Shown in pieces: positions 8,443 to 17,794 of a stretch of 32,000 nucleotides of DNA. A program made the translations under genes and the position numbers. Origin of the DNA: an uncultured Erysipelotrichaceae bacterium (GTDB taxonomy: Bacteria; Bacillota_I; Bacilli_A; Erysipelotrichales; Erysipelotrichaceae); the NCBI GenBank assembly GCA_942493105.1, contig OW818668.1, positions 1,380,001 to 1,412,000 on the forward strand. The letters run 5' to 3'. The notes below the pieces were generated by a model. That model was given only the letters and a program-made list of their open reading frames with translations, made no database searches and had not been told where the DNA came from. Numbering within the stretch: position 1 is the stretch's first letter; every line of letters begins with the position of its first letter.

Positions 8443-8820
8443 ATGAACAGATATGATAAAGCACTGGTGATTTTTATCCTCATCAGCTCACTTGTGATGT
8501 ATACCACCATGGAATGGTTTGTCCGCTATACGACCTCGGATCAAATCGTGGCCGTGGTGTATTCCTATGACAAAGAGGTTTTACGAATCGACTTGAAGGT
8601 CGATAAGGTTTATGAAGTTCAGGGTACTTTAGGAACTGTTTTCATTGAAGTTGAGAATAAGCGGGTCAGAGTTGAGAAGGAAACTTCACCTTATCACCTG
8701 TGTTCGATCCAAGGTTGGGTCGAATATGCGAACATCCCGATTGTTTGTTTGCCCAATCATATCGTCATTATCATTGAGAACGGAAGCGTTGATCCCAATG
8801 ATCCGGATGTGACCTCATGA
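8443..8820 (+). CDS. Membrane-anchored NusG domain II-like (DUF1312) protein
   Basis: N-terminal TM helix (ALVIFILISSLVMY), then a beta-rich domain ending ...SPYHLCSIQGWVEYANIPIVCLPNHIVIIIE, the signature of the NusG-II family. ATG 8443 is preferred over the track's TTG at 8416, which lies upstream of the predicted -10. Confidence 0.65.
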   Translation: MNRYDKALVIFILISSLVMYTTMEWFVRYTTSDQIVAVVYSYDKEVLRIDLKVDKVYEVQGTLGTVFIEVENKRVRVEKETSPYHLCSIQGWVEYANIPIVCLPNHIVIIIENGSVDPNDPDVTS

Positions 8821-9332
8821 GAAAGCGCTCAGCAACCCGACGTTTGACTTTGTTGACCATGCTTTTGGCCATGAGCATCCTATTGCATATGATTGAACCG
8901 GCACTACCGATTCCAGTGCCAGGGGTCAAACTTGGGTTGGCCAACATTTTAGGTTTGATCACCTTATATTTGTTTGGGATCAAAGAAATGATGACAGTCA
9001 ATGTGATGCGGGTCTTGATGGCATCTTTGTTGAGAGGGATTTTGTTTGGGACAGGTTTTTGGTTGAGTATGTCTGGGATGCTGTTGAGCTCACTGATCAC
9101 CATTCTCTTATTTAAACAAAACAAATTCACTAAGATTGGGATCTCCATCGCATCAAGTGCTTTACATGGTGTAGGTCAAATCGTTGCCTTGATATTTATC
9201 AACAATACGATCATGATGGTGTATTGGTTGCCTATGCTGTGGTTTAGTTCAATCCCTACAGGCTATATTACCGGAACCTTAAGTATTCAAGTTTTAAAAC
9301 GACTTAAGGTGACAGAAAGAAATCGTGTATGA
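8817..9332 (+). CDS. Gx transporter family protein (PF07456, 'heptaprenyl diphosphate synthase component I'-like membrane protein)
   Basis: 171 aa, 5 TM. N-terminus RRLTLLTMLLAMSILLHMIEPALPIPVPGVKLGLANILGLITLYLFG is characteristic of this family. ATGA overlap with the NusG-II gene, its usual partner. Confidence 0.65.
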   Translation: MRKRSATRRLTLLTMLLAMSILLHMIEPALPIPVPGVKLGLANILGLITLYLFGIKEMMTVNVMRVLMASLLRGILFGTGFWLSMSGMLLSSLITILLFKQNKFTKIGISIASSALHGVGQIVALIFINNTIMMVYWLPMLWFSSIPTGYITGTLSIQVLKRLKVTERNRV

Positions 9333-11143
9333 AAAAAGAAAAAAAGAAGTCCATAAAAAAATTAAAATTCATTCTGACGTATATGGAAGGTCAGAAATTA
9401 AAGTTTACTATCTTAATGGGTGTTGTCTTGATCTTTGTTGGATTATCTCTATTATCACCCATCCTTTTCCAGTTTTTAATTGATAATGTCATCAAACAAG
9501 ATCCAATTGCCAATCCTTTGATGGTTTGGTACTCCAACATATTTGGCGGAGTTGATTTGATCCGTAAGAATTTGTGGTTAGGAGCTTTGATGATCATCTC
9601 AGTCAATTTATTGACCTTGAGTTTACAGTTTCTTCGAGGCAAATGGAATGGACAAATTTCAGAATTGTTTGCGGAAAAATTAAGAAATGCTTTGTTTGCA
9701 CATCTTCAACATATGCCTTATGCCTATCATCAGAAATCTAAAACCGGTGATTTGATTCAAAGATGTACATCAGATGTGGATACAGTAAGACGTTTCATTG
9801 CTGGTCAATTCTCTGAAATGTTGTATGCGATCTCGGTGACCATCATCGCTATGATCGTTTTATTTAATGTCTATGCACCTTTAGCGTGGATCGCCATCAT
9901 TGCCTTACCGATCATCTTTCTGTTTGCGTATGTGTTTTTTATCCGCATGCAAAAGATATTTAAGAGCTCAGATGAAGCAGAAGGATACTTATCCAATACG
10001 ATCCAAGAGAATTTGTCTGGCGTGAGAGTTGTTAAAGCGTTCAATCGCGAAGTCTATGAAGCAGAAAAATTCGATGAGAAAAATAAGACGTATAAGAATC
10101 TTACTTATCGGTTGATTGAACTATTGGGTGTTTATTGGGGAGCATCAGATTTTATCTGTTTGACCCAGATATTAGTCGTGGTCTTATTTGGGATCAATTA
10201 TGCCCAACAAGGCATCTTGACCGTAGGGCAATTCTTTATCTTTATCTCTTATGAAGGCATGATTTTATGGCCAGTGCGTAATGTGGGACGTATCTTATCG
10301 GATATGGGTAAGATGTTGATTTCTATTGGTCGACTCCAAGAAGTTTTGGATGCCCCGGTTGAACCTTTGACTGAAGGGGTGACACCTGAAATCGAAGGCG
10401 ATATCGTCTTTGATCATGTCTACTTCAAATATGAAGATGGTGACCAAGAAGTGCTCAAGGATGTCAGTTTTAATGTCAAGAAAGGTCAAACCATTGCCTT
10501 ATTGGGTCCTACCGGATCTGGAAAGAGTTCCTTAGTTCATCTATTGACGCGTTTATATGATTATCAAAAGGGCTCCATTACTTTAAATGGTACAGAACTT
10601 AAAACCATTCAAAGACATCATTTGCGTAAGAATATCGGGATCGTTTTGCAAGAACCTTTCTTGTTTTCTAAGACGATTTTTGAGAACATCCGTTTAGCCA
10701 ATCCCAATGCCAATGAAAGACAGGTCATCGAAGCGGCCAAAGCTGCTTCAGTTCACCGTGTCATCAATGAATTTGACATGGGTTATAAAACGTTGGTCGG
10801 AGAAAAGGGTGTCACTTTATCCGGAGGTCAGAAACAACGTATTGCGATTGCCAGAACCATCATCAATAAATCACCGATCCTTATATTCGATGATTCATTG
10901 AGTGCTGTCGATACCGAAACCGATGCAGCCATTCGCAGAGCTTTAAAAGAACTGTCTGGTGGTTTGACGACCTTCATCATTACGCATAGAGTTGCTACTG
11001 CTCAAGCCGCAGATCAAATCGTAGTGCTTCAAGATGGCAAAGTTGCACAGATGGGTACCCACGCTGAGTTAAGCAAACAAGAAGGTTTATATGCCCGTAT
11101 CGTTGAGATACAGGGCCGTATGATTGAAGGAGAAGCCGCATGA
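9329..11143 (+). CDS. ABC exporter, fused TMD-NBD half-transporter (subunit 1 of heterodimer)
   Basis: 604 aa; 6-TM domain, then Walker A GPTGSGKSS, signature LSGGQKQR, Walker B ILIFDDSLSAVD, H-loop ITHR. ATGA overlaps on both sides. Confidence 0.9.
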   Translation: MKKEKKKSIKKLKFILTYMEGQKLKFTILMGVVLIFVGLSLLSPILFQFLIDNVIKQDPIANPLMVWYSNIFGGVDLIRKNLWLGALMIISVNLLTLSLQFLRGKWNGQISELFAEKLRNALFAHLQHMPYAYHQKSKTGDLIQRCTSDVDTVRRFIAGQFSEMLYAISVTIIAMIVLFNVYAPLAWIAIIALPIIFLFAYVFFIRMQKIFKSSDEAEGYLSNTIQENLSGVRVVKAFNREVYEAEKFDEKNKTYKNLTYRLIELLGVYWGASDFICLTQILVVVLFGINYAQQGILTVGQFFIFISYEGMILWPVRNVGRILSDMGKMLISIGRLQEVLDAPVEPLTEGVTPEIEGDIVFDHVYFKYEDGDQEVLKDVSFNVKKGQTIALLGPTGSGKSSLVHLLTRLYDYQKGSITLNGTELKTIQRHHLRKNIGIVLQEPFLFSKTIFENIRLANPNANERQVIEAAKAASVHRVINEFDMGYKTLVGEKGVTLSGGQKQRIAIARTIINKSPILIFDDSLSAVDTETDAAIRRALKELSGGLTTFIITHRVATAQAADQIVVLQDGKVAQMGTHAELSKQEGLYARIVEIQGRMIEGEAA

Positions 11144-13014
11144 GTCAACAATTTGAAGAGCAAGATTTTAATACCGATAAATTAGACACGCATCTTTGGG
11201 CTAAGATCTTCGGTTATCTAATGAAGTATAAAAAGAATTTACTATTCTTAGTTTTTCTGATGGTTACGATCGCATCGATCGATGTGGGTTTTCCACTGAT
11301 GAATCGATATGCAATGGACTATTTCATTGAAGGCAAAGGTTCTATGGACACTTTGTTTACCTATGGGGCACTCTATTTTGCGATGATCTGTGTCCAAGGC
11401 TTGGTCGTCTTCTTCTTCATTCAACAAGCTGGAAAGATCGAAATGGAATTTGCCTATGATATGCGTAACCGTGCTTTCAGAAAACTCCAAGAATTATCTT
11501 TTACGTATTTTGATAAAACACCATTAGGGTGGATCATGGCTCGTATGACTTCTGATATAGGACGTTTGGCTGAAATCGTATCCTGGTCACTGATCGATAT
11601 GGTGTGGGGTCTCACGGTCATGTTTGGGGTCAGTGTCGTCATGTTTATCGTAGATTGGAAAATGGCCCTCTTGATTTTGATGGTGGTTCCTGTTTTGGCA
11701 CTGATCTCAGTCAAGTTTCAGCGCATGATCCTAGAGAAGTATCGTATGACACGTAAAATCAATTCACAAATCACCGGAGCTTTCTCAGAAGGCATCACCG
11801 GAGCTAAAACATCTAAGACTTTGGTTTTGGAAGAAAGCCAAATCTCTGATTTTAAACAATTGACGCATAAAATGTCGCGTGAATCGATCAGAGCTCATAT
11901 TTTATCTGCGATTTTTATGCCCATCGTTATGGGGCTTGGGGCATTCAGTGTTGCGATGATTTTGTGGTTAGGCGGTCAACAGGTCTTGGTTGGGACGATG
12001 AGTTTTGGGACCTTAATGTTGTATACCCAGTATGCAGGTTCATTCTTTGAACCACTTCGACAATTGGCACGTTTATTGGCTGAATTTCAAATGGCTCAAG
12101 CTTCTGCAGAACGTGTTTTGACCTTGGTCAATACGGAAGCAGATTTGATTGATTCTAAAGAAGTCATTGAAAGTTATGGGACGATCTTAAATCCCGTTAC
12201 GAGTGGTTATCATCGACTAAAAGGCGATGTCCAGTTTGTAGATGTTTCTTTTGCTTATAAAAAAGAAGAACCGGTTTTGACTCATTTTAATCTGGATGTC
12301 AAAGCTGGACAAACAATTGCTTTGGTTGGAGAAACCGGCAGTGGTAAGAGTACCATCGTCAACTTACTATGTCGTTTCTATGAACCCAACGAAGGTGTGA
12401 TCAAGATCGATGGGATTCCACTTAAGGAACGCTCTGTTGGGTGGTTACACTCGAATTTGGGCTATGTGTTACAAGCTCCTCATTTATTCTCAGGTTCTGT
12501 CAGAGAAAACATTCGCTATGGAAGATTGGATGCGACCGATGAAGAGATTGAACAAGCTGCCCGTTTGGTCGATGCGCATGATTTCATTATGAATCTGGAT
12601 AAAGGATATCTAACCGATGTAGGAGAAGGGGGCAATCGCTTATCCACAGGCCAAAAGCAACTGATTTCATTTGCTCGAGCGGTTATTGCGGATCCTTCCA
12701 TCTTCGTTTTAGATGAAGCCACGTCTTCAATCGATACCGAAACAGAACAGATCATTCAAAAAGCCATTGAGAATTTGATGAAAGATAGAACATCTTTCAT
12801 CATTGCTCACCGTCTATCTACCATTGTCTCTGCAGATCGAATTTTGGTCATCAGAAAAGGTGTGATCGAAGAAGACGGGACTCATCATGAATTGATGATG
12901 AAACATGGCTATTATTATCGGTTATATACCAATCAGTTCAATGAAGATCTGCAGAATCAACTGTTGAATCTGAATCCAGCGGATGAATCAACTGACATAG
13001 CATTTGGCGATTAA
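11140..13014 (+). CDS. ABC exporter, fused TMD-NBD half-transporter (subunit 2 of heterodimer)
   Basis: 624 aa; Walker A GETGSGKST, signature LSTGQKQL, Walker B IFVLDEATSSID, H-loop IAHR. Paired with the preceding half-transporter. Confidence 0.9.
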   Translation: MSQQFEEQDFNTDKLDTHLWAKIFGYLMKYKKNLLFLVFLMVTIASIDVGFPLMNRYAMDYFIEGKGSMDTLFTYGALYFAMICVQGLVVFFFIQQAGKIEMEFAYDMRNRAFRKLQELSFTYFDKTPLGWIMARMTSDIGRLAEIVSWSLIDMVWGLTVMFGVSVVMFIVDWKMALLILMVVPVLALISVKFQRMILEKYRMTRKINSQITGAFSEGITGAKTSKTLVLEESQISDFKQLTHKMSRESIRAHILSAIFMPIVMGLGAFSVAMILWLGGQQVLVGTMSFGTLMLYTQYAGSFFEPLRQLARLLAEFQMAQASAERVLTLVNTEADLIDSKEVIESYGTILNPVTSGYHRLKGDVQFVDVSFAYKKEEPVLTHFNLDVKAGQTIALVGETGSGKSTIVNLLCRFYEPNEGVIKIDGIPLKERSVGWLHSNLGYVLQAPHLFSGSVRENIRYGRLDATDEEIEQAARLVDAHDFIMNLDKGYLTDVGEGGNRLSTGQKQLISFARAVIADPSIFVLDEATSSIDTETEQIIQKAIENLMKDRTSFIIAHRLSTIVSADRILVIRKGVIEEDGTHHELMMKHGYYYRLYTNQFNEDLQNQLLNLNPADESTDIAFGD

Positions 13015-13045
13015 ATCCGTTATACTTACACATAAGAGGTTTGAT

Positions 13046-13537
13046 ATGACGTTAAAACTAAGTGAAATCAGAAATCTTCAAGCAGAACTAGATGAACGAA
13101 TTATGGCCAATCATCAGGTCAATCGTGATCAGACACGAACCAAAAGGATCCTTGCCTTGTTGGTTGAGATCGCAGAATTGGCCAATGAAACCAGAACGTT
13201 TAAATTTTGGAGTTTTAAAAAAGCCAGTGAAAAAGAAGTGCTTTTGGAAGAATTAAGCGATTGTGTACACTTTGTCATCTCTTTGGGCATTGATCTTCAT
13301 GATCAAAGTGAATCGTTAATATTTAAGTCTCGTCCTGAAGAGCTCAGTGTTCAGTTCATTGACTGGATGGCTGAAGCAGCGCGTTTACAAACATCATTTA
13401 CCTTACATCAATATTACATCGTCTTGTCTTATATCGCATCGGTTGCCTTAGCCATGGGCTTCAGTGCAGAAGATGTAGCATCTGTCTATCTTAAGAAAAA
13501 TGAAATCAATCATCAACGTCAGGATAACCAGTACTGA
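13046..13537 (+). CDS. Dimeric-type dUTP diphosphatase family protein (dUTPase_2-like, all-alpha)
   Basis: AAGAGG SD (13034..13039), then ATG at 13046. LALLVEIAELANETRTFKFW ... LLEELSDCVHFVISLG resembles the dimeric dUTPase family motifs. The track start at 13004 overlaps the ABC gene and lacks an SD. Confidence 0.6.
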   Translation: MTLKLSEIRNLQAELDERIMANHQVNRDQTRTKRILALLVEIAELANETRTFKFWSFKKASEKEVLLEELSDCVHFVISLGIDLHDQSESLIFKSRPEELSVQFIDWMAEAARLQTSFTLHQYYIVLSYIASVALAMGFSAEDVASVYLKKNEINHQRQDNQY

Positions 13538-13548
13538 AAAGGAGCACC

Positions 13549-14667
13549 ATGGAAGAAAATAAAAAAGTAGTGAAGATCGAAGAGGCCTATGGAAAAGTAG
13601 ATTTGAAAATGATGGAGGATTTTACCTCAGCGGATGGTATTTCAGGGTGTGAAAAAGAAGCGACTCGAGTTATGAAATCGTATGTGGCTCCTTTTGCGGA
13701 TGAGATCACCTACGATAACTTAGGTTCTTTGATCGCACTTAAAAAGGGCACAGGTAAAGGTCCTAAAGTCATGCTGATGGGACACATCGATGAGATCGGA
13801 TTTGTGGTCAGATCCATTGAAGACAAAGGATTCATTCGTTTGGCACCGGTTGGTGGTTGGTGGGGTCATGTCTTATTGTCTCATCCTGTCACCATCACGA
13901 CTCGTACTAATCAAAAATATGTAGGCGTTATTGGCTCTAAGCCACCTCATGGTTTACCAGCTGAAGTTAGAGCTAAAGTTATGGAAGTCAAAGATCTCTT
14001 TGTGGATCTTGGCGTAAAAAGTAAAGAAGAGGTTGAACTCTTAGGCATTCGCCCAGGAGACATGGTGTCACCTAAATCAGAATTTACGGTTTTAGCAAAC
14101 CCGAACTATCTGATGGCGAAAGCTTGGGATAATCGAGTAGGAGCCCTCATCGCCACTGAAGTGTTGATGAATCTCAAAGGTGTAACTCATCAGGCCGATG
14201 TCTATGCGGTTGGTACAGCTCAAGAAGAAGTTGGACTACGCGGTTCAAAAACCGCAACGTATGCGGTTCATCCTGATTTGGGCATCGCTTTGGATGTGAC
14301 AGTAGCCAATGATATTCCTGGATCAGAACCCGGATCCAAGATGGGTGTTGGGATCACCTTGGCTGTTCAAGATTCTTCGCACTTGGGCCATCGCGGACTC
14401 TTGTCATATCTGTCAGATCTCGCGAAAGAACTTAAGTTGGATGTTCAATATGATACTTTGTTGGCTGGCGGAACAGATTCTGGGGAGAATCATAAATCCT
14501 TTGATGGGATCATCAATTGTACATTGTCTATTCCTTCCCGTTATATTCATTCCCACCGTGCTTTGATCCATCGTAAAGATTATGTGGATACTGTGACCTT
14601 GATGACTGAGTTTGTCAAACGGGTCGATTGGGATCTGATCGAAAGCTTAAGAAGCGCAAATCGTTAA
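13549..14667 (+). CDS. M42 family metallopeptidase (glutamyl aminopeptidase / PepA-FrvX type)
   Basis: 372 aa; MLMGHIDEIGFVV, AWDNRVG, TAQEEVGLRGS and H-containing C-terminal motifs typical of M42 peptidases; SD AAAGGAG. Confidence 0.85.
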   Translation: MEENKKVVKIEEAYGKVDLKMMEDFTSADGISGCEKEATRVMKSYVAPFADEITYDNLGSLIALKKGTGKGPKVMLMGHIDEIGFVVRSIEDKGFIRLAPVGGWWGHVLLSHPVTITTRTNQKYVGVIGSKPPHGLPAEVRAKVMEVKDLFVDLGVKSKEEVELLGIRPGDMVSPKSEFTVLANPNYLMAKAWDNRVGALIATEVLMNLKGVTHQADVYAVGTAQEEVGLRGSKTATYAVHPDLGIALDVTVANDIPGSEPGSKMGVGITLAVQDSSHLGHRGLLSYLSDLAKELKLDVQYDTLLAGGTDSGENHKSFDGIINCTLSIPSRYIHSHRALIHRKDYVDTVTLMTEFVKRVDWDLIESLRSANR

Positions 14668-14671
14668 CAAG

Positions 14672-14698
14672 CCTTTCCCTTAGGGGACAGGTTTTTTT
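14672..14698 (+). terminator. Probable Rho-independent terminator after the M42 peptidase gene
   Basis: Imperfect hairpin CCTTTCCC-tta-GGGGACAGG followed by TTTTTTT (14692..14698). Confidence 0.5.
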
Positions 14699-14699
14699 C

Positions 14700-14708
14700 T
14701 GTTATAAT
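14700..14708 (+). promoter_or_regulatory. Extended -10 promoter element (TGtTATAAT) 6 nt upstream of the lspA ATG; leaderless candidate
   Basis: TG at 14700..14701, TATAAT at 14703..14708, then aacgtt, then ATG at 14715. No SD. Confidence 0.5.
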
Positions 14709-14714
14709 AACGTT

Positions 14715-15179
14715 ATGAAAAAAATGGAATGGTTCACGATCTTATTTGTTTTGGGTTTAGATGCACTCACGAAAACCTTGACCAGTACTTTGATTCCTTA
14801 TGGAGCAGAAGTCATGGTCATCAAAGATTTTTTTTGGTTGACCTATTTAAAAAACACAGGGGCAGCTTGGAGTATCCTTCAAGGCCAACAATGGTTTTTT
14901 ATCCTTTTGGCGTCAGTCGCCAGTGTGGTCATGGGGTATTTCTTTTTGAAATCTGATCAAAAACAAGTTTGGCTGAGATATGCCTTGATATTTATGTTTG
15001 TGGGAACTTTGGGAAACCTGATCGATCGTTTAACGGTTGGCGGTGTTCGTGATTTTCTTGCCTTCAATATCTTTGGCTATCATTTTCCTGTCTTCAATGT
15101 TGCCGATATGGCTCTAAACATTGGGGTAGCCTGCATGATCGTAGAAACCATTTTGGATGAAAGAAGAAAACATGCCTGA
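14715..15179 (+). CDS. lspA: Lipoprotein signal peptidase (signal peptidase II)
   Basis: In-frame ATG at 14715 gives MKKMEWFTILFVLGLDALTK...YLKNTGAAWSIL...GNLIDRL...VRDFL...FNVADM, the canonical LspA motifs. The track's 29-aa N-terminal extension spans the upstream terminator. Confidence 0.9.
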   Translation: MKKMEWFTILFVLGLDALTKTLTSTLIPYGAEVMVIKDFFWLTYLKNTGAAWSILQGQQWFFILLASVASVVMGYFFLKSDQKQVWLRYALIFMFVGTLGNLIDRLTVGGVRDFLAFNIFGYHFPVFNVADMALNIGVACMIVETILDERRKHA

Positions 15180-16092
15180 TTTCGAGTATATCGCCTTAGC
15201 AACTGACGCAAAAGAGCGTTTGGATAAAGTATTGGTCAAAACGATGTCTGGTTTTTCAAGAAGCCGGATTCAGCAGTTGATCGATTTTGGTTATGTATTG
15301 GTCAATGACGAAGAAGTCAAAAGAAACACCAAAGTCAAAGAAGATGACATCATCACAGCAGAATATCCTGAAGCAGAAAGCTTAGAAGTGGTCGCAGAAA
15401 AAATGGATCTTGATATTCTATATGAAGATCGTGATTTATTGGTCCTTAATAAACCCAAAGGTTTAGTTGTCCATCCTGGAGCAGGTAATCCTAACCATAC
15501 CTTGGTCAATGGCTTGATGTATCACTGTCAAGATTTATCTGGGATCAATGGGATCGCTCGACCAGGTATCGTTCATCGTATCGATAAGGATACTTCGGGT
15601 TGTTTGGTCATCGCTAAAAATGATATTGCGCATCATGAATTATCTGATCAACTTCAGAAACGTACTTTAAAAAGAACTTATTGGGCTTTGATCCATGGGG
15701 TCTTGGAACATAACAGTGGTCGTATCGAAGCGCCGATTGGAAGAGATAAATCAGATCGTCAGAAGATGACAGTGACCGCCATCAACTCCAAAGCAGCGGT
15801 AACGCACTTTAAAGTTTTGGAACGTTTCAAAGACATGACTTTGGTTGAATGTCAGCTTGAAACAGGACGTACACATCAGATTCGTGTCCATTTCCAATAC
15901 ATTGGTTATCCTTTGGTAGGCGATCTAAAATATGGAATTAGACAAACGTTAGAAACGGATGGTCAATGTCTGCATGCTTTAGCCATTGACTTTATTCATC
16001 CAAGCACTCATGAACATATGCATTTTGAAGCCCCTTTACCAACGTATCTTTCAGATTTATTGACAAAACTTAGAATGGGAAACGCCGTATGA
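15157..16092 (+). CDS. rluD: 23S rRNA pseudouridine synthase, RluA/RluD family
   Basis: N-terminal S4 domain; catalytic HRIDKDTSGCLV; GRTHQIRVH motif. Follows lspA as in many Bacillota. The start could instead be ATG 15172. Confidence 0.9.
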   Translation: MKEENMPDFEYIALATDAKERLDKVLVKTMSGFSRSRIQQLIDFGYVLVNDEEVKRNTKVKEDDIITAEYPEAESLEVVAEKMDLDILYEDRDLLVLNKPKGLVVHPGAGNPNHTLVNGLMYHCQDLSGINGIARPGIVHRIDKDTSGCLVIAKNDIAHHELSDQLQKRTLKRTYWALIHGVLEHNSGRIEAPIGRDKSDRQKMTVTAINSKAAVTHFKVLERFKDMTLVECQLETGRTHQIRVHFQYIGYPLVGDLKYGIRQTLETDGQCLHALAIDFIHPSTHEHMHFEAPLPTYLSDLLTKLRMGNAV

Positions 16093-17321
16093 GCAAACAC
16101 ACAGAAACCTTAATGACACTTACAGCCTTGACTTTGATTGAAGAAGAAGGCTATAAAATCATCGATGTTCGGATCATGGGCAAAGAAATTTGGCTCAATC
16201 ATCCTAGAAACACGCGTGAATTACTTCGTTTATCACTTAACGGAGCTTTTAATATGCCAATGCAGGAAGAGCGTACCGCAGCCATCAGAAGGGCTATTGA
16301 AAAGATTTTTGGGGAACGTACTTTATTGTATGATGTTCGTTTTGATGATGAAGAATCTCGTTATGAACTTACAGAAGATACAGCTTTTGTGGTTTTGAGT
16401 CCCTTAACACAAGAAAATGTTTTCTTGGATCGTTTTCCCATGATTCGCCCCATTCTACAAATCAAAGAAGATAAACCGACTGATCTTGAAGATGCACAAC
16501 GACGATTAACTGTACTTCGACCTAAACGCATTGAAAATGTTAGACCTAAAATGCCAAAAGTTACTTTTGCGGTCGTTGTGGTCTGTTTGGTTGTGTATGG
16601 GATCATCAATTTATTTACTGATATTGGTGGTTTTAATCCCATCAATACCTCTATCTTATTTGGGGCTTACTACAAGACTTTCATCATCGTCAATCATGAA
16701 TATTGGCGTTTCTTAACTGCTGGTTTCATTCATACCGATTTTATTCATTTGGTTATGAACATGTATGCTTTATACAATCTTGGCTTGTATTTTGAACCTA
16801 AGTTTGGTTGGAAGCAACTGATCCTTACTTTATTGGTTGGGATTGTCAGTGGTTCTGCTTTCTTATATATCACTTCAGGAAATCTATTGGCTGTTGGACT
16901 CAGCGGTGGCTTATTTGGGCTACTTGGAGCCATTGTCGTTTATCTGATCGAAAGTGATCAAATCAAATATCGTCCAGTTCAAATGCAATTGTTCCAACTC
17001 TTTGCGATCAATCTCTTTATTGCATTTTTACCGGGTATTGCGGTCATGGCTCACGTTGGTGGCTTCTTTGGTGGAATCTTGGTTGCTTTATACTTCAACC
17101 ACAAACCTTCATGGAAAGACTTAAAACGACATGTGATGATTGCTTCAGGAGTCTTGGTGATCGTTATGATTGGCTTGATTGCAATCGATAAAAAACATCA
17201 ACCTTATTATGGTAAGACAGATTATGAAGTGGTTCAGCAAGCTTATGATTTAGGTTTAGGATGGTATGCGGATGGTTTAAAAAGCAATCTAGATGCTTAT
17301 TATGAAGGGATCATTCAATGA
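16089..17321 (+). CDS. Rhomboid family intramembrane serine protease with ~160-aa cytoplasmic N-terminal extension
   Basis: EYWRFLTAGFIHTDFIHLVMNM, the catalytic-Ser motif GLSGGLFGLLGA and the His motif AHVGGFFGG. ATGA overlaps with rluD and with the downstream gene. Confidence 0.85.
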   Translation: MSKHTETLMTLTALTLIEEEGYKIIDVRIMGKEIWLNHPRNTRELLRLSLNGAFNMPMQEERTAAIRRAIEKIFGERTLLYDVRFDDEESRYELTEDTAFVVLSPLTQENVFLDRFPMIRPILQIKEDKPTDLEDAQRRLTVLRPKRIENVRPKMPKVTFAVVVVCLVVYGIINLFTDIGGFNPINTSILFGAYYKTFIIVNHEYWRFLTAGFIHTDFIHLVMNMYALYNLGLYFEPKFGWKQLILTLLVGIVSGSAFLYITSGNLLAVGLSGGLFGLLGAIVVYLIESDQIKYRPVQMQLFQLFAINLFIAFLPGIAVMAHVGGFFGGILVALYFNHKPSWKDLKRHVMIASGVLVIVMIGLIAIDKKHQPYYGKTDYEVVQQAYDLGLGWYADGLKSNLDAYYEGIIQ

Positions 17322-17794
17322 AAAGAACAAATGTGATCAGTTGGGATGAATACTTTATGGGAATGGCTCATTTATCGGCCTTAAGATCAAAAGATCCTTC
17401 GACCCAAGTCGGAGCCGTCATCGTTTCACCCACCAATAAAGTCGTCAGTATAGGCTACAATGGTTTACCTAAAGGCTGTAGTGATGATGAATACCCGTGG
17501 GATCGAGATGGAGGAACTTTGGACACCAAATATGTTTATGTGGTCCATGCGGAACTCAATGCGATCTTAAATGCCCAGATGCCTGTGACAGGATGCCGTA
17601 TCTATGTTTCCTTGTTTCCTTGTAATGAATGTGCGAAAGCAATCATACAATCGGGAATCCAAGAAATCGTGTATGAAGATGATAAATATGCCAATACGGA
17701 TCATGTCTTGGCCAGCAAAAGAATGCTGAATTCAGCTGGAGTTGTATTGCGTCAAACCCCTAAAAAGGTATCAGTCCTGCTTAACGTTCAATAA
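17318..17794 (+). CDS. comEB: dCMP deaminase (ComEB-type cytidine/deoxycytidylate deaminase)
   Basis: 158 aa; zinc motifs VHAELNAI and PCNECAKAI; the WDEYFM N-terminus is typical of dCMP deaminases. Confidence 0.9.
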   Translation: MKRTNVISWDEYFMGMAHLSALRSKDPSTQVGAVIVSPTNKVVSIGYNGLPKGCSDDEYPWDRDGGTLDTKYVYVVHAELNAILNAQMPVTGCRIYVSLFPCNECAKAIIQSGIQEIVYEDDKYANTDHVLASKRMLNSAGVVLRQTPKKVSVLLNVQ

